A stretch of DNA of 64,000 bases. Source: the human T2T-CHM13v2.0 reference genome, Homo sapiens. Shown here in pieces: positions 34,435 through 48,134 of the stretch. The stretch's first letter is position 1. Each line of letters begins with the position of its first letter. The notes beneath the pieces were generated by a model. The model did not search any database, was not told where the DNA came from, and was given only the letters and a program-made list of their open reading frames with translations. The DNA lies in NCBI RefSeq assembly GCF_009914755.1, contig NC_060928.1; one strand, written 5' to 3'. The position numbers were made by a program, and so were the translations under genes.

Positions 34435-35507
34435 TTTCTTGCACCAAAAAGAATGAAATACTTAAGAATAAACTTAACTAAAGATGTGAATGACTTGTAC
34501 ACTGAAAATTATAAAACACTGATGAAAAGCATTGATCAAGAAATAAACGAATTTAAATATATCCTGTGTTCATGTAATGGAAGAATTATTATTGTTATAA
34601 TAATTACACTATGTAAAGCTATTTACACATTCAGTGCAATCTCTACCAATTTCCCAGTAGCATTTTTACAGAACTAGAAAAAAAAAATCTAAAATTCATA
34701 TCTAACCACACAAGATTATAAAGTGCCAAACTGACTTAGAGAGAAGAGGAACAAAACTGGAGGCCCTATACTTCTTGATTTCAAAGCTACAGTAGTAAAA
34801 AAAAAATAGTTGGTACTGGCATGAAGACAAACATATCAACCAATGAAACAGAATAGAGATTTCAAAAAACTGAATCCTAACATATATAGTCAACTGATCT
34901 TCAAAATGGGTGCCAAAATACACAATGAGGGGAAGGACAGTCTCTTCAACAAGTGGTGTTGGGAAAACTAAATATTCACATGCAAAAGAATGATATTGAA
35001 TGCTTATCTTACACCACACACAAAAATCAACTGAAAAGTGATTAGACATAAAAATATAATACCTGAGACTAAAATTTCTAGAAGAAAATGTAGGAAAATG
35101 CTTCATGACATTGACCTTGGCAATGATTTCATGGATATATATGTGATTGTTGACAAAAGCACAGACAACACAACAAAAATAAACAAGTGGGAATCCATCA
35201 AGCTAAAAAAAAAGTCTTTACCGAAAAGGAAAAAATCAACAGAGTTTCAAAAAAGCAACCTGTAAAATGGGAGAAAATATTTTCAAACCATGTATCTGAC
35301 AAGGTGTTAATCTTCAAAATAATTAAGGAAGTACTACAAATGAATAGCTTAAAAAATTCATAACCTGATTAAAAGATGGTCAAAGAAACTGAATAGATAC
35401 TTCTCCAAAGAAGATACACAAATGGATAACAGGTGTATGAAAAGGTGTTTAAACAATTACTAATCATCAGGAAAATGCAAGTCAAAACCATAATGAAATA
35501 TCACCTC
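34435..35507 (+). mobile_element. Older L1MA/MB ORF2 3' fragment
   Basis: KRMKYLRINLTKDVNDLYTENYKTLMK (34426..34677) through AAAACCATAATGAAATATCACCTC. Confidence 0.88.
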
Positions 35508-35735
35508 TGTGGCAGAATTCTTACAATTTTGTTGCCTCAGAGTCCGTTGTGAATCTTTTTTAACTGTCTCATAAAGAAGCAGGGCTTAGTCACCCTTGAC
35601 ACAGTTTCCAGTTTTCTGTAGTCTTCCAGTTCCTCAGTGTGTTCAGTCCAGATACCTTTTTCACAACTGCCTCCTCATGGGACATATAGGTACAATCAAC
35701 TCCACCTACTCCACAGACCCTCACACCTCTAAGGT
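35508..35735 (+). mobile_element. ERV LTR 5' fragment, family not determined
   Basis: TG start abutting the L1 break; AGAAGCAGGGCTTAGTCACCCTTGACACAGTTTCCAGTT motif recalled from ERV LTRs. Confidence 0.5.
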
Positions 35736-37049
35736 GAGTCCATTGAGGTTTCTGAGAAAGCAGTCAAAATAGGACATAGTAGAGAAGCTAACATTTTACT
35801 GCCTTTGGATAAAGTCATATAAGAGTATAATGCTTAGAGCTTCGGGAACCATTGTGAAAACATCAGAATGAAGCCAAAATAATCACTTAGAATCCAAAGC
35901 AAAAATTATTAAAGCACTAAATCAATTAATATTTCTTATATAATAACATGTTTATTTCCACATTCTGTTATTTGAGGCCAAAATCATCTTAACTGATTTA
36001 CTTGATATTACTTAACTATTAAAAATCAGTAAAAAGAAAAGTAACTGAGTTATGTCAACCATTTAGTGTAATTAAGACTGATTAAATGACTCTTGCACAA
36101 AATTTCTGCGCTTCAGAAATCCTCTTCATTGCTTAAGATGAAAGTGTCAAATAAATCTATCCAGCATGCCCATTAATTTATTTACTGAAAAGCAATGTTT
36201 TTAGCTCTATTGCAGTAGCAATCAAATGTTCTTCAGGAGCAATATTGAGGTGCTCTTTTGCTTAATGCAGTTAAATGAGTTTAGTCTAAAATTTCAAGCA
36301 TTATAACACATTGATTAGATCTGAACCAACTGCATTTTGTTTATTTGAAAAGGTGAAAACTTGGTTTTTGGAAGACATTTTTCGATTATCCTTGAAAATT
36401 CCATGATCTGAAATTTTTAAGAGGAGATTTATGAAGAAATTTCCTTTCATGAAACTAGCTGTTATTTAAATGTGTATATTGTAAGTGACAGTGTTTGCTT
36501 TATTTATCCAGGCAGAGGTTTGAGCCATTCCCTAGGAGAGACGGGAGAGAGGTAACAAGGCCTCCCTACCTAAGGAATGGCTCATACCATCTCCCTTGCC
36601 TGCACTGCCCCCTGAAGGTTTCCACAGCTCCCTGTTTGTTCCCAGTCTTTCTCATGATCACATAAAGTTGTTTGTAGAGAGGAGTTGTAAGTCTGTGCAA
36701 ATGCATCTTTTGTGTGTAGCCTTAAGATATTTTGTAGTACTCAGGTCATACTTGGCTTCTAGCAATTCATTAAAAATTGTAACTGGATCTTATCTGCTTC
36801 TGTGTTGATTCCATATTTTTCCTGTACTCCACTCCGAGGAAGGGAGTGCTTGTGTTCATGTCTCTCCTTGGAGGTCCATTTTTTTTTTCTTAGATATCAG
36901 GTTATTTGGTTGGCTTCCAGCCTTAACTCTGTAATATGTTCAAGGTTTCATAGATTATCTGGCTTTGTCTTGTTGTTAACAGGCGAGTGACACCTTTTCT
37001 AGTTTTACATTCTAAGCAGAAGCTGGAGTGCCTCTCCCTTTCATTAAAG

Positions 37050-39930
37050 CAGCAAAAACTTGACACTAAAAGAACACTAAACAGAAAATAAAATCAGTTT
37101 CAATTCTGTTATGAACACAGATGCAGAATTACTATGCCAATTCTTGTAAAGGGAATACAGCAACAAATTTAAAAATACCATTCTAAATAATATTTTTTAA
37201 AGATTTAGCACATGGGATACAAAGGTCAACTATTTTCATTCCCAGTGGGAAGCTAAGAGCTGGAATTTTTCCTCAACTTCTTATGTGCTAAGCAGGTATG
37301 TCATTCAATGGCATCGACCAGCCCAAACCTCCAGCTCCTTCTTCCCTAGGCAGCTCATCTGTGGTCCTGTTAGAGAACTGCTGTATAACAGAGAATATAT
37401 ATAAAAAAATATATAATGAGGGCAGGCATTGTACACTTAAAATGTTGCTAAAATCTCTGCTGTACAACAGAGAATATATAAAAATATATATTAATTATAA
37501 TACATATTATAATGTATATATGATAAATTATATATTATATATAATAATATATTAATGTGGGCAGGCATTGTATACTTAAAATATTGTATTAAATATTAAA
37601 ATATTGCTAAAGTGATGATCTTATATTAAGAGTTCTTACCATAAAAAAAGAAAAACAAAAACAAATCAAAAAATATTTGACAAAATGTAGATCTGCAATA
37701 TTGAACATAGGATAATTAAATGTGATAGAAATAATAGCAACCAAAGACCATTCAGAAGGCAGAAGCTATAATTAATGAAGCATGGCATTGTTAAAATGAT
37801 TTAAATGAAACATTAATTTTGTTATAAATTTCAACAGGAACAAAATGAAAATTGAGAAATAGGGGACAATTTAGTTGTGTCATAATAATGATTGAGGAAT
37901 TTAAAAAAGGAAATTATGAAAAATGTTTAGATAAGTAAAAACATTCTAAATAGATTGAGGACATGTCTTGTTCACTGATTAGAAGATTTGATATTTATTA
38001 CTATATTAGGTAGGTAGGTGTGTATGTGAATATTGACAGACATTTCTGAAGTTTTTATGGAAATATAAATGGTCAGTAATAAACAAAACAATCCTGAAAA
38101 AGAAGAAAAAGCTGGATATTTTAAACTAAGTGCTATCAAAATATATTGTAAAGCTACAGTAATTACAACAGTATGGCCCCAGTGTCAAATCAGAACATTT
38201 CTGGCTTTTAATAGAGAATAGACCAATGAAGCAGAGTCCAGTAAGAGCTCAAATAGATGTGGTCACCTAATTTATGATAAATGTGACACCACAGTCCAAC
38301 CTGGTAGGAAGGATATTTTAATAAACGAAGCTTGTCAATTAACTCTTCATTTGAAAATTGTATATTAATCCTCTACCTATAACATGCACAAAAGTAAATT
38401 TCAGATTGAATGCAGATCCTCATAAGAAATGAAAAAATGTAAAACTTTGATTAAAAATCTGATAAATATAGCCTTAGATTAAACAGAAACATTTTAAACA
38501 CAAAAATTACCAGAAGATTACAAAAAATTTAATTTGGCTATGTTAAAGTGAATGTTTGTGATCAAAAGACAACACTGAAGCAATAAAGTGGAGTCTATAA
38601 GGAAGGAAAACATAATGGCAACACATACCTTTCATAATAAACTAATAACCAAATACATTAAAAAATATTTGCCAAGTTAAAAAAGCCAATTCAAATTGAT
38701 AATTGATCAAGACATAAAGCAACCCTAATAGGATATATCCAGGTAACTAATAGGTATCAGAGAATGAGTTCAATATTATTATTAAATGAATGTATACTAA
38801 AATCTCAAAGTGTTACCACTATTCCTAAAGCAAAATGACTAAAATGAAAAAACAAGACACTATAAATTATTAACAACGATGTGGAAAAACCAGAAATATC
38901 ATTCCCTTGTTATAGGAATGAAATTGTTGCTAACATTTTGGAAAATTAATTGCTAGTACCCATTAATTGATTGGTAGTACTTATTACTACTAATTAATAA
39001 GTTGGGCATATACATACCTGTGACCAAAAAAGTCTATTTCTAGGTATACAAACATTGTAGTTTGGGTCATCCAGAAGCCAACAATGAGATGAAGTTTACA
39101 GTAGAAGTGGAATTTGGTGTGTAAGAAGTTTATGAAAATCAATACTTAGCAAGTAGAAGGAGACAGAGTTGGACAAAAGCAGGAATTGAACTGCAAAGCA
39201 AATTTGATAAAGCCTCAGTCAAGCCTATGGAAAGCTCTGCAGGAAGAAGTGCCTGCCAAAACTGTCTCCTGACAGCCTGAAATAGCCCAAGCCTCTGTAT
39301 CCTTACCTATCCTCACTCAGTAACCAGATGCAGGGTCTCCAGCAAGGTTGTGACCACAGACAAAGCCACTGTCTGTACCTGGGGCTGATTCTGAAGGGGC
39401 TGCTAGTTGGTGGTTGTTTGCTGACCAAAAACTTTAAAACTAGCAGCACTTTCTATCTGAATCTGGATGGGTGCATCTCAGTGTCTATCAATATTCAACA
39501 TATATGCACGCACATATTCACAGGCACACACACTTGTGAAACAGTATTTATGACAGCTCTCTATATAATAGCTAAAAACTAGATAGAATCCAAACTTTGA
39601 TCAACAGATGAGTGAATAAATAAGTCCTACTGTATTCAGCCACAAACTATAAATTTCCTGTTACAATATGGATGAACTTCACAGACATAATAATGAGATA
39701 AAGAATCCAGACACAAAGAGTAAATGACGTGTGTGATCCCATTTATATAAAGTGTAGAAACAATAACAATTAATTTTGTCATTAGGAAGTTGACATTGAG
39801 GAATTTGGTTACTGGAAGTGAGTAGAATGGACTTTTGTCATTCTGGTAAAGTTTTCTGCTTTCATTTGGGAGCTGGTTATATTAATATATTGACTTTGTA
39901 AAAATACATTGAGCTATACACTTGTTTTTA
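37050..39930 (+). mobile_element. Very old L1ME-like ORF2/3' fragments, interrupted
   Basis: AAAACAATCCTGAAAAAGAAGAA, AAAGCTACAGTAATTACAACAGTATGG, ATGGATGAACTTCACAGACATAAT, TACATTGAGCTATACACTT; boundaries approximate. Confidence 0.65.
39055..39492 (-). mobile_element. LTR16-family ERVL solo LTR
   Basis: Reverse complement begins GATAGACACTGAGATGCACCCATCCAGATTC and ends ...CATCTCATTGTTGGCTTCTGGATGACCCAAACTACA, matching the recalled LTR16C layout. Confidence 0.7.
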
Positions 39931-41600
39931 TTGCACATCTTTCCCAACATTTTATTACCTTTTCAAGCACCCAAAGTAGCTAAAATATTTTTACAATGAG
40001 TACCTATATATCCATCACCTCTATTATACCCTCAACAGTTTAATTATATACAGCTTTCTCACAATAAGATATTTTCAGCCACAATGTGCAAGTTATTCTT
40101 ATTGTATTTTATAAATTAAATATACAATATTTTCTTATTTAAAATTTAATAGCAGTTGTTATTGCATATTCTTGGGAATCTTCAATGGCTAGAGTGGTTT
40201 GGTTTAAGGAAAATGTAGTATTTTTCATTTTCTTTCTCTCTTCCCACACACACATGCGTGCACTCACACCCAGTGGGTCTGTGTGTATATATACACATAA
40301 GCCTTTACACTAGAGGATATACATTATAAAATATATAGTGTGTGTATATATAAAGAATATATATGAGAAGATATATAATGCATGTATATATTGATGTGTA
40401 TGCTTATGTTGGAGAATACATAAATAATATGTAATGAGGGCAATTATTCATATATAAATAAGAATATATATTGGATAATATTCACACACCCACACATGTG
40501 CACACACATGTGAATATGAACACAAAATATGCCCACAGCATACAAGTTTACAAATGTATTTTGCAAGGTATTTATCTCATCCAAAGATACACAGATTTCT
40601 GAGTATCAGAATTGTTCTTCATATGGCATCCTATATTGGAAGTGAAATAGTATTATATGATCTAATTTATCATAACGATACAGATTTTTAGATAAATAAT
40701 TCAATCTTTACAGGCACATTACAAATTCATTTATCATATGATTTTTGTAGGTGAAAGAAAAAGAATATTTGAAATAATAGAATATGACTATTCAAAACCA
40801 TTCTCCCTCAATGATGCCACATTAAGGTTATTGCAGGGTGAGGATTACGATATTGTGATATGACTGAAGGACAAATGATTTAAATTCCTGTTTCTATTTC
40901 CTGGTTTTATAGAGGAAAGAAGATGTTCAAAGAAAGAGGGTTTGAAAGCTTAATACTCAATAACAGTCAAAGGTTATTAAAATGATGCATATGACAGTGT
41001 TATTTGTCTTCTAGGCCTGTCTTGAATTTTTCTAAATTGTTTGCAATAGAATCAAAAGGCACTTACCAATAATCCATATAAATAATATAAATATAAATTC
41101 CAGTTTACTGAATCATGTATCACCGACAAGTACTCATGATAATATATGTATTATCTTATTCTGTTCTCTTCATTACGCTGTCAACTTATGTGAACAAGAT
41201 GCTTTAGTTCTTCAAAGCTTCACAGTGTGACTTCTTTTGCTTCAATTGCTACAGACACCCAGCTGTCCAAAACTCAATTATTTGTTTATACTTTATCTAC
41301 ATCTCAACAGAACAACAGTTTTCTATCACACATCTTTCAAAAGATCACAAAGCTTATAATATAACTTCTGGAGAGATATGGCTAGTCTAGTTCAAAGGAG
41401 TGAAATTTTGCAATCCAATGAGAACACACTACTGCTTCTTAAGAGTTTTTCAAAAATATTTTAAATTGAAGCTATCATGAATAATTCTGATTGTTTACTG
41501 AGAGGAAAAATATTGCAAATTAGCCCAATGTTTTATTTCTTTTCTGTTTATAGAATTATATATATAATATATGAATTGTTCTTCATATATATGAAGAACC

Positions 41601-41637
41601 ATAGATATAGATATATAGATATAGATATAGATATATC
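41601..41637. repeat. (ATAGAT)n short tandem repeat
   Basis: atagatatagatatatagatatagatatagatatatc. Confidence 0.85.
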
Positions 41638-42853
41638 TCAGTCTAATGACAGTAATGATTGAAAAGGTACCTTTAAAATATGTCCTAATATGTTTCTTTG
41701 CTGCTCCAAGAGATAACAGCATCTGTATAAAAACACCAATTAATATATTCATGACAAAAATAAAGCTATAACAAAACCTGTAATATACTACATTCTTTGT
41801 GATTTTAATATTATATTTATGATTTCTATAGTTAGTAGTTCTTATAGATAAATTATTGAAAATGTTTAAATTTGGGGGGTGTTATAGTCTCTAAGAAATG
41901 AAAACATGAATTTATAGAGCTTCATTATAGATGTTGCCGTGGACTATATATTATTTGTTATATTTCCAAAGGTAAAAATTTTGGAAAACATATCATATCC
42001 TAAGGACAGCCATAGCACTCCTTTTAATATTAATCAAACTGTAATAAACTCTACCATTCTTGAAGTCAGCAGAATAAGTCATCATTTGCAGCTACTATGG
42101 TTGGGACCATGGTTATAAATAAATAATCAAATATAAATAGTTGCTATGATATACTTTTTCAGAAAAGCATGGATATCGGAATTTCACTTCCTTAATTACA
42201 ATACATATATGAGTCTCAGCTTTTTTTAATCATTCAACCAGTTTTATTATAACTATGAAGATACCGAAGACCAGTAACTTTGTACATAAAATGAAAACTT
42301 TGTAGTTTATTGCTGAGATTGCTTCAGCCTCTCACGTTGATAGTTTTCTTTCAATAGCCCAATAAGTTGTCCTGTTGTTTAATAACATATAAGGCACTTG
42401 TGTTCATGTAGTTATGTTTTCTGAGTTTTGAGAAAATAGTAAATTTACCTTAAGAACACAGCTAAAGGTTTTCATTTTAGCATCAATTTTCTTGCCCTGG
42501 CTATTTTATAGCAAACAATATGGAGAATTGTTCAAACTGCTCATTTAGAGAACCTAAATTAAATTCTAAATTCATCTGCTTATGAACAAATGATAAGCTA
42601 GTTAATGTATCATTAAAGTTGATTATCACTAAGACTATAATATGCAATCTCAGAACAATTTTATTATAAAATCAATTAAATACATTCTCATAAAGTTTAT
42701 TTAATTGATAGCTTTATTACTTGTGTAAGCTTGTCCAGTCACTAATAGACTTCTGTTGTTTAACCTAATTCTCCTTACACCCAGTCTCTGAAGCACTTTT
42801 CTCTGACTTGAACAAATTCCTTAAATAAATTGACACAATTCAGCATACAGTAT

Positions 42854-43174
42854 TTTTTTTCTTTTCTTTTTTTTTTTTTTTTTTTTTGAGACAGAGTATC
42901 ACTCTGTCGCTCAGGCTGGAGTGTAGCAGTGTGATCTTGGCACACTGCCACCTCTCCCTCCTGGATTCAAGTGATTCTTGTGTCTCAACCACCCTAGTAG
43001 CTGGGATTACAAACTTGCACCACCACACCCAGCTAATTTTTGTATTTTTACCAGAGACCGGGTTTCACCATGTTGGCCAGGTTTCTTCAACTCCTGGTCT
43101 TAAGTAATCCATCTGCCTTGGCCTTCCAAAGTGCTGGGATTACAGGTTACAAGTGTGAGCCACCATGCTTGGCC
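42854..43174 (-). mobile_element. AluS (Sz-like) SINE
   Basis: Antisense Alu dimer; TSD AGC(A/G)TACAGTAT at 42842-42853 and 43175-43186. Confidence 0.92.
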
Positions 43175-43372
43175 AGCGTACAGTATATTTCAACCCAATC
43201 AGAGCAGAGTAGAAAAATGCATGTTTTTAATTAGGAAGAGTCATTGTAACACCATATTAAGACATAAACATTGGATACTTTTTGTTAATTCAATAATAGT
43301 CTATTAATTTTAAAATAAAATATTTAGCATTTCTTTGAAATTTCATTAAGTATATAGTATTTGTTGTTTTGG

Positions 43373-43952
43373 TGAAAGATGGAAGAATGTGCCATCCCAA
43401 AACATGCCAGATTGATACATTGATTATTTGGAGTTGAAAATGTTGGAAAAGATGTAATTTCAGAAAAAGCTAGCTGACCTCTCTCCCTGAATGCAGCAAG
43501 CCATAAATATTCCTCTGGGAGGGGTACCTTTGTATTACCAGGGCATGAAAATAGTCTTTATCAACAGGGACTTGGAATTAGAGGCTCCAGTGGACCTGAA
43601 TAAAAATTCTTAATGAGGCAAACCTTATCTTCCATTAGTTTTATAACCCCAACCATGTATCTCCTAGTGACTTCCCTGGAAAATATACTGCCCTTAGCCA
43701 GATTTTCTTTGTCTTGTCATGTCTTCTCTATTGTTCTTTGCCTAGAAAATACAAAAGCATCTTGCTTCGGCCACTTCTTTGAACTTTGCACTTCTGTGAA
43801 GTTCCCCATAAACATGTAAAACTAGTAAAATTTGTATACTTTTCTCTTGTTAATCTTATTGGCGTTAATTTCATTTCTAAATATAGCTAAAAATCCACTA
43901 AGGACTAAGAAGGAGTGGGGGTGGGGTGGAGGTGATCTTGAACTCTCCTACA
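43373..43952 (+). mobile_element. ERV1 LTR (MER34/MER39 group-like)
   Basis: TG...CA ends; GAATGTGCCATCCCAAAACATGCC near the 5' end; TTTGTATACTTTTCTCTTGTTAATCT near the 3' end; no clear TSD. Confidence 0.65.
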
Positions 43953-44199
43953 AGAGCCAACATTTAGATTTATTACAATGAACAAGGTATATATGCTTTT
44001 TTTCTCTATATGGTTAGTCCTACCAACTTTGTTCCAGTATTATCCTATTCAAACTCCTGAGAGCCCTAAATCCATCAATCATTCCATTGATTAAACTGTC
44101 TTTAAACTATCCCTTTTAGAAGTCCCTTCTTCTATCATCATTTAAAGTATAACAAACTCTGTAGTCTTATATCACCCCCCGCCCCACACACACACACAC

Positions 44200-46270
44200 A
44201 CACACACCCCTTTCCTCATTCTCACTTCATAAGCTGATACCTGAACTCCTATTGATTGCCCTTTCTTAGGTCACCAATGACACCATTATTGATGATTCCA
44301 GTGGTGACATTTCATTTCCTGTCCTATCATCTCTGCAACAGTAGACACATCTTTTTCTTTCCTTCATCTCTGAAGACTCTCTTTCCTTGCCTTCAGTGAC
44401 AACACACTCTGCTTTAAGCATTTTCTTCTAACAGGGAAGAATGTTATCTCTGGAGACTGATGAACAGGACGTAAATGCAGATTTTATCAATTCCTCACTG
44501 TTATGATATTAGAAATGTCTTAACCTCTCTTCTCTACAGTTTTCTCATTTAGAAATTAAAGAAAATACAATAGCATACATCCTGGGCTTCTCTGTGGAGT
44601 AAATAAGTTAATTTAAGGATAGCATAGGAAAAAAGTTTTTTTTTTGAAAAATTAAATCACTTAAACCTGTATCTGACATATAACTTAACCAGAGTTTCAT
44701 TGTTACTACTATTAATAGTTGTAGTATTATTACTGTTGTTTCTTTCAATCACTTTGGGATTATTATTATTTTGATTTAAAGTTACTGTTCTCTTCTTACC
44801 CCTTGCAGGGCAGTTCTCTGAGTGGCCTTGGGCAACCCAGTTTTCTCACTTTTCTCACTTACAGTTCTCAAAAATAACTAGAATGTGCTGGGAATGCAAC
44901 ATCTTAAGATAAGAAAGAGTTGGATGAAATAGCTCAAGCTCTGTTATAGTCCCTATGTAGAAACAGGATGCCATTGAACACTTTAGCTCAGGGATGTCCA
45001 TAGCCTTGTGGTATCAAATTCACGGATGCCTACTTTTCAGGATTCTTTAGCTGTGTTGTAAGTGGGGCACACACAGATGAGACATCATCCACCCCAGATA
45101 GCTTCCTGAGCCTTGGGGGCCCAGTTTGCAGTGAATCATAAGCTTCTGTTGTCCCTTTCTGCATTTCTGTAAATAATAAGCCTCCTTCATGTAACTTGTG
45201 GTGTGGGGCTATTCTGTCTCGCGAGACTCAGATGTTGGTAACCAGTGCACAGTGACCCGGTTTCACAAGCTAAAATATTCCAGTTCCTCAGGATTTTGTA
45301 CTTGAGCATTTTCTGTTTTCAAGTTCCGTATACCTCAGAGGTCACATCCTCCATTCTTTTCCATTCTTCCTGATGTATCTAAAATGTCTTCAAATTTTGC
45401 CCTTAAATTTTATGTGTATTTATCCAATTAAACACAAGACATTTTTTTCTTCTCTTGAACATCACACAGGAATATCTAACTCAAAGAACTAAAAGGCAAT
45501 TCATTAGATTATTACTAAATTTGAATCATATTGTGTGTTCTTTGGTTCAGTGAATAACATGATTACCCATTCCCTTGGTCAAAAACTTCTGGGCTAATTT
45601 AGTCCCACTGAGGTATTATATATCTAATATATTATATTTATAAAGTGTAATATATAATATTAATATACAGTATATAATATATATAATAAATATATATCAT
45701 ATAATTTCTCGATTTTCCATTTTTCAATTACCAATATTTAAGTTCTTCCATAAGTAGTATTTTAACCTAGATTATTATAATAATTTATGGCATGGTCTTA
45801 CGCCTTCCCAAACTCTCCTCCCAGAAAAGTCAGTGTTTGATACAAAAACAAAATTTTATCATTACACTACTTTCTTAAGTCCTTAAAAATCGTCTGAGAC
45901 AAAATATGCATTCTTTATTATGAAAGAGGAAATGGTTTAGAATTTGTCCTTGCTAAAACATGCAGCCAACATTCCTTGTCCTACTCCTAATTCTATACTC
46001 TAGTTCTACTTTTTGCTGCCACACGGGGACATTCTTCAGGTCTTTGCAGTTGATATTTATTTTTTCCTAAATTGTCCTCCAAAAATATCACCCCAAATTT
46101 AGACTTTAGTTATGTACCTATACTGAGTAGCCCTTAACTTTCTCTAAGTAATGATGTATTATCCCATTATTTTGGACATATATTTATTTTATATTTTGCT
46201 TTAATCTTTGAATACTGTAATTTGTGCATGTTGAAAGTACCTGCCATTTAGTAAACATTGAATATAGGTG
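44200..46270 (+). mobile_element. L2 remnants interrupted by a MIR (about 44445-44690) and an LTR
   Basis: AGGTCACCAATGACACC...CCTTGCCTTCAGTGACAACACACTCT (L2); TTAACCTCTCT...CAGTTTTCTCATTTAGAAAT (MIR core). Confidence 0.55.
44804..45267 (+). mobile_element. Solo LTR of the same family as the 54.4-62.5 kb provirus (LTR32-like)
   Basis: TGCAGGGCAGTTCTCTGAGTGGCCTTGG...GTAACCAGTGCACAGTGACCCGGTTTCACA; alignable by eye to the reverse complements of 54419-54921 and 61761-62531. Confidence 0.8.
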
Positions 46271-48038
46271 AGATGTGATACCTAGGCTAAGAGCTCTGGA
46301 TTGGGGCCTAGGCTTACACACATGCCGTGTCAATTAACCTTTCTATAATTAAATTAGCCAAACTATAAATTGGAGGCACTAAAAAGTAATCATTGTTGAT
46401 CATCGTTGTTTGTCAGAAGTTAATGAAAAGATGCATTAAAGTAAACTGGAACAGAATCAAGTAGTTTGTAAAACTATGATTTCAAAATTATTAAATGAAT
46501 ATATATTTAGATACAGCTTATTCATTTAAGTATTATAAATATTATATTTATATAAATATTTAATAATATATAAAATAATATTGTAATATATCATATATAG
46601 TATTATATAATAATTATAAATATTATACATAAATATACATATATAATTTCACAACTTACATATATAAAGCATAAAGCTAAAATAAGAACAAAACCAATTT
46701 TTCATGGAAATTATGCTCAGAACTTATTTTATGACTTTGACATCTAGATATAACAGATGAGTGGTAGAAAATGTGGTAAATTGGAGAAGACATTTACGTG
46801 GCAAAGAGTCTGTTTTCTGTTTCAAGATTCTGCTTTTAATTGTGACTTTTTCCTGAGAAAATTATTTAACCTCTGTGAAAGTAAGCCTGATTAATTTTCT
46901 GTATATATCAATGGTGATACAAAGACAGTAAGTAGCAACTGTTTGAAAGTTATGAGGGGAAAATAATAGGGCTTTTGTTGCCCAGATGTAACACTGAAAT
47001 GTTAGGGTGCTTCATTTCTCATATTAAAGTTCAATGCATGCAAAAAATTGATGCTAAGTATGTATTAGGTCAGTGATCAAACAGCATTCTAATATTTAAA
47101 TTTAGAAATACTTTAATACTTGAATAATTTCAAAAATGGAATTATTCTTATGAAATTACATAGTGATTACCAATTTTAGGTCTAAAATTGTCTGTTTGGT
47201 TCATATTGGCTTGGGAAATAACAACATAATTAGATTTACACAAATTTAAGTCACGAATCTTCAAGAATGCTCAGGAGAAGGCATGCAGGCTGAATTCATA
47301 AAGTTCGGGATCACCTCTAAGTTTGTTTGAAGAACAAACTGCAATTATTTTAAAATGCATCTTTTGTTATTTTCCTACAAAAGCTCATGCTTATTATATA
47401 TTTTCAATCTCATAGGACACACTAACGTTGTTTCCAATATTCCCACTACAAACAAACCTTCAGAAGTTCCCACTAGTTGACCTCTATCAATTTCTTATTT
47501 ATTCCCTAGGGGATGAAATCAACTTCTCAGTTTTTCACAACCTTTACAGATGAAGTTTATATTTACCATATACATTATTTTCATTTATTAAATATTATTG
47601 TGATGTTTTTTCTTCTATATTCCAAGATCATTGCCCAGATTTTTTGTTATTTGTGCTACTTTCTATTAAAAACACTTTCTCTTAAACTAGGACACAGACT
47701 TCTTCATACTAGTAGTTTAGAATTTGTCAAGCTATATTTTTATTCTATTTTGAGTATTTGTTCTGATGAAACAGTTGTCAACACATTTTTGTTCTTCTGA
47801 GTTCTCATGACTACTTCTATTTTGTTTAGATATATGTTTTTTAAAATAATGAAAAACAAGTAGCCAGATACTAAGCAAATCCTGTGAATGGATGAGTGAT
47901 ACATTAATTATTGTGTAGTTCCCTGATTTTTGACCTGTTTATTTCTCTATTAAATGTACTTTCCCTTAAACTTGCTGTTTTCTTTCCTTACTTTTGGTTC
48001 TGTGAAATCTAAATATTGTATACTCTACAATATAGTAG

Positions 48039-48134
48039 AAAGTTTTAACAGGTATAATAAATTTTATTATATTAAAATCTTAACAGGTATAATATATTTT
48101 ATTATATTAAAGTCTTAATAGGTATAATATATTT
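48039..48134. repeat. 35-bp tandem repeat, about 2.7 copies
   Basis: GGTATAATA recurs at 48051, 48086 and 48121; unit about TTAACAGGTATAATAWATTTTATTATATTAAARTC. Confidence 0.9.

Noticed and set aside
39950-42840. Repeat-poor stretches (also 750-2090, 16700-18100, 20540-22580) as possible host exons
   Set aside because: No convincing splice-bounded reading frame or recognisable protein similarity; small or non-coding exons cannot be excluded without transcript data
45615-46670. Very AT-rich tracts (45617-45705, 46530-46670) as matrix-attachment or origin elements
   Set aside because: Ordinary low-complexity TA expansions; composition alone does not support a function
48039-48134. 35-bp periodic repeat resembling CRISPR spacing
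   Set aside because: Head-to-tail copies without unique spacers, no cas genes, primate DNA
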